A DNA stretch of 64,000 nt from Camelus dromedarius. Lineage: Eukaryota. The stretch lies in contig NC_087436.1 of assembly GCF_036321535.1 (NCBI RefSeq), positions 14,632,001 through 14,696,000 of the forward strand. The letters are read 5' to 3'. The notes beneath the pieces are model-generated. The model was not told the DNA's origin and searched no databases. It saw nothing but the letters and a program-made list of their open reading frames with translations. Below, in pieces: positions 61,386 through 64,000 of the stretch (positions within the stretch are counted from its first letter, which is position 1; every line of letters begins with the position of its first letter). Made by a program: the position numbers and the translations under genes.

Positions 61386-64000
61386 AGTCCACATAAGACT
61401 TACTTAGATGTATTGGTAAAAATTAAAAGTAATTCTCCTCATATAATAGTACTTGTTTCTTTCACTTTCAGTTAGTATTTTGAGTATTTTTTCATTTTTA
61501 GTTTCTTCAGATTGTGAGAGAAGTGCATAAGACCGATTTTGAGTAGTCATTTTTCTTAAACAATTTCCTGAGTGAGTGTTAATCTCTAAATGGAAAGATA
61601 CTGCACATAAAAAATTAATGTGATTTGAATCTACTTGCATTATATAGATTCATTTAGTATGACTATCACATATATATAAATTAACCCCAATATATCTTCC
61701 TAAATTAAGGAGATAACATTGCCATCTTAGTATTTTGTTTGGAGATTCTCTGTTCAGAATAAATGTGTTGGCCTCAAATACCAATAAATTTAAAAAATTA
61801 AATTGCTGTGTAAGAATTAAAAACATAGTTTATTGATTCACATATTATGTTAGCAGCTAAAATATCTAGCAAATAGTTTTCCATTATGCTTTTTAAGTTC
61901 TGACTTCATTTTTTGCCCCTGAAGTTCCCAAAATAAGTTAATTATGAAATAGAACAAACTTGTTAGTATCTTTGAAAACCAGCTCATCAAAATGGCACCT
62001 GATATATTATTACTATATAAGAACCGAGGCTTAGAACATTTAAAGAATCTGATTCTCAAGTCTTAACAACAGTGCTTAGAAATTTAGATCTTTGGTACCC
62101 TGTGCTGCTCTTGTTTTTTATTTTTTGCTTACGTGGAAACCCCTTGTTTAACACACACGTGCGAACACAGGCACAAGCCCGCACACCCCCAAATATACAC
62201 AAATAAAATTCTCATCACCACCACACCCGTGTTTAATAGCTTATCTGCTGTGTTCATGCGGCAACTGCTTCACTGAGGGGAAGTGTTGTTCTGCCGTTTT
62301 CATATTAGCTTTGTTATCATGCAGGATTTTCAGCTGCTCATACTCATTACCATACAGCTGGTATGTAGAGAAGGGAAGGAAGCAAGCAGAAGTTGTACTG
62401 TCTACAAGAATAAGAAGCTCTCTTGCAGATGGGGTGCTGGCAGATGGGGCATGTGTTTGAACAGGTTTTACTAATAACAGAGTGCATTAAAAATCATTCC
62501 GAGAAAGTCTAAGGTCAGTGCCATGAATTCAGAGCTTGAGAGGTTGTTCAGCTTTTTGTAGACCTTTTTAGAATATTAATTAACTCTAATGCAAAAAAGT
62601 AATGGTCAACCACAGCCTCTTCCAAAAAATTTTTATCAGCTTTTTTTTTTTATTTTAGTATACTTTGTTTCTTTTTCATTTAAAAAGCATGAATAACTTT
62701 TGGCTAGTGTTTCTCATCATCTTGCACTGTATTTTGTAGTCTTCAAATATATTTACTTAACATTCTCAGAGTATGTTTATATACAAAAGTGTTTTGTATA
62801 CATGCTTTGAACATGTATACATGCTTTGAGCAATGTAATAACATTCTTCAGTTTTGATATATATATATAAGAATATTTATTAGGAGATGAAAACCAAAGA
62901 GGATTTGGAAATCCATAGTATAGTGTTGACTACATTGAAGATTAAGATGAGATGTGTTCCAACTGCATTCAGAGTTAGAATTGAATGATATGCCCCTACA
63001 TGTATCTATTGTTAAATTTATTACTCAAAAAACCAAAATGAATAAAGTAGTAATTTAAATATCAATATTTTTTTTAAAGATATTTCAGTTGGACCTAGTC
63101 CTTTTGACCCTTTTCATTAAGTGTAGTGTTTCTTAATCTATCTCAGTGGGAGCTGGTGATAAAAAGCAGATAAAGCAAAATAAAGCTAGGCAATTATATG
63201 TAAAGTACCCAGTTTTCAGTTTAATTTTAATGGAAATGGAACTCACCCTGTTATTCTGTTCACAGAGATTAAAAGATATATTGCCAAATTTTTAAAGCTA
63301 ATATTAGTTATAATGCTTTTGATAACTCTCAAAAACTTTCATGCTGTATATTTCCTGTCAGTAAAACAGAGACAAAAAATGCTATCTATTAGGTTAAGAC
63401 CTATGAACCAATAAAACAGTTGATAAGTGAGATCTGTAGGAAATGGTGTACATTAAGTTGTTAAAATTGTGAATTCTCTTTAATAGTAAAAGTTTATATT
63501 CTGTTGGGCTTTTTTTAAGGTACAAGAAGTCCTAAACCAGATTGGCTTTTAATAACAAAGATAATTGTATTTTCATTGCATATCAAAGTGTATATTTTCT
63601 TCCAATGTAATTTATACTTGAATTGTGTAACCATTAAATATCTAGAACATTTTATTACTTTTCCCTAAGGGGGAAAACATATAAAATATTATAGATAGTA
63701 CTATGTATAATATAATACTAAATAAGTTACAAATATATAAAATGTATTGTTCACAGAATAAGGAAAGGTGATATTAATCATCTTTCCTTGTGAAAATTGT
63801 GAGTTTTTAAATTATGCTGAAAATGAGTACTTTTCACTTATTATTTCTGTAGTTCTGTCATTGTAGATTAGAGTATATCTCACATCGTTAATTAGCTCAT
63901 GTAAGTATTTTTTATTGATACCCTGATATGTGCAGGAACTGGTGAGGAGCTGAGGTACAACAAGAATCAAAATAGACGTGGTCACTGCTCTTATGGAACT

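Noticed and set aside
49441..64000. FBXW7 beta first exon and shared exons
   Set aside because: Neither an MCVPRSG-type start nor MKRKLDHGSEV appears; they are expected beyond the window end.
1..64000. CRISPR arrays, operons, prokaryotic defence systems, rRNA
   Set aside because: The sequence is mammalian intron. No regularly spaced repeat-spacer array or long uninterrupted ORF was seen.

Overview
Mammalian genomic DNA, AT-rich and repeat-dense. It lies inside the 5' part of FBXW7 (SCF F-box/WD40 substrate receptor, tumour suppressor), transcribed on the + strand. Three exons are readable: a 50-nt 5'UTR exon (20647-20696), the 570-nt alpha-isoform exon (21370-21939; ATG 21439, 167 codons) and the gamma-isoform first exon (ATG 49162, 49 codons, donor 49309). 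The beta exon and the shared F-box/WD40 exons are not in the window. The rest is intron filled with L1, L2, MIR, CR1/L3, MaLR/ERV LTRs, hAT-Charlie DNA transposons and microsatellites. A tRNA-Ala-derived SINE of Vic-1 type suggests a camelid. The main observation is the reading-frame layout around the alpha exon. Back-splicing the 50+570-nt exons gives exactly the 620-nt circle and 185-aa ORF known from human circFBXW7. The 50-nt exon is an exonised antisense L1 remnant. The 570-nt exon alone is 190 stop-free codons, so a single-exon circle would be an endless rolling-circle ORF. Repeat subfamily names come from recall of consensus sequences and repeat boundaries are approximate; no database search was run.
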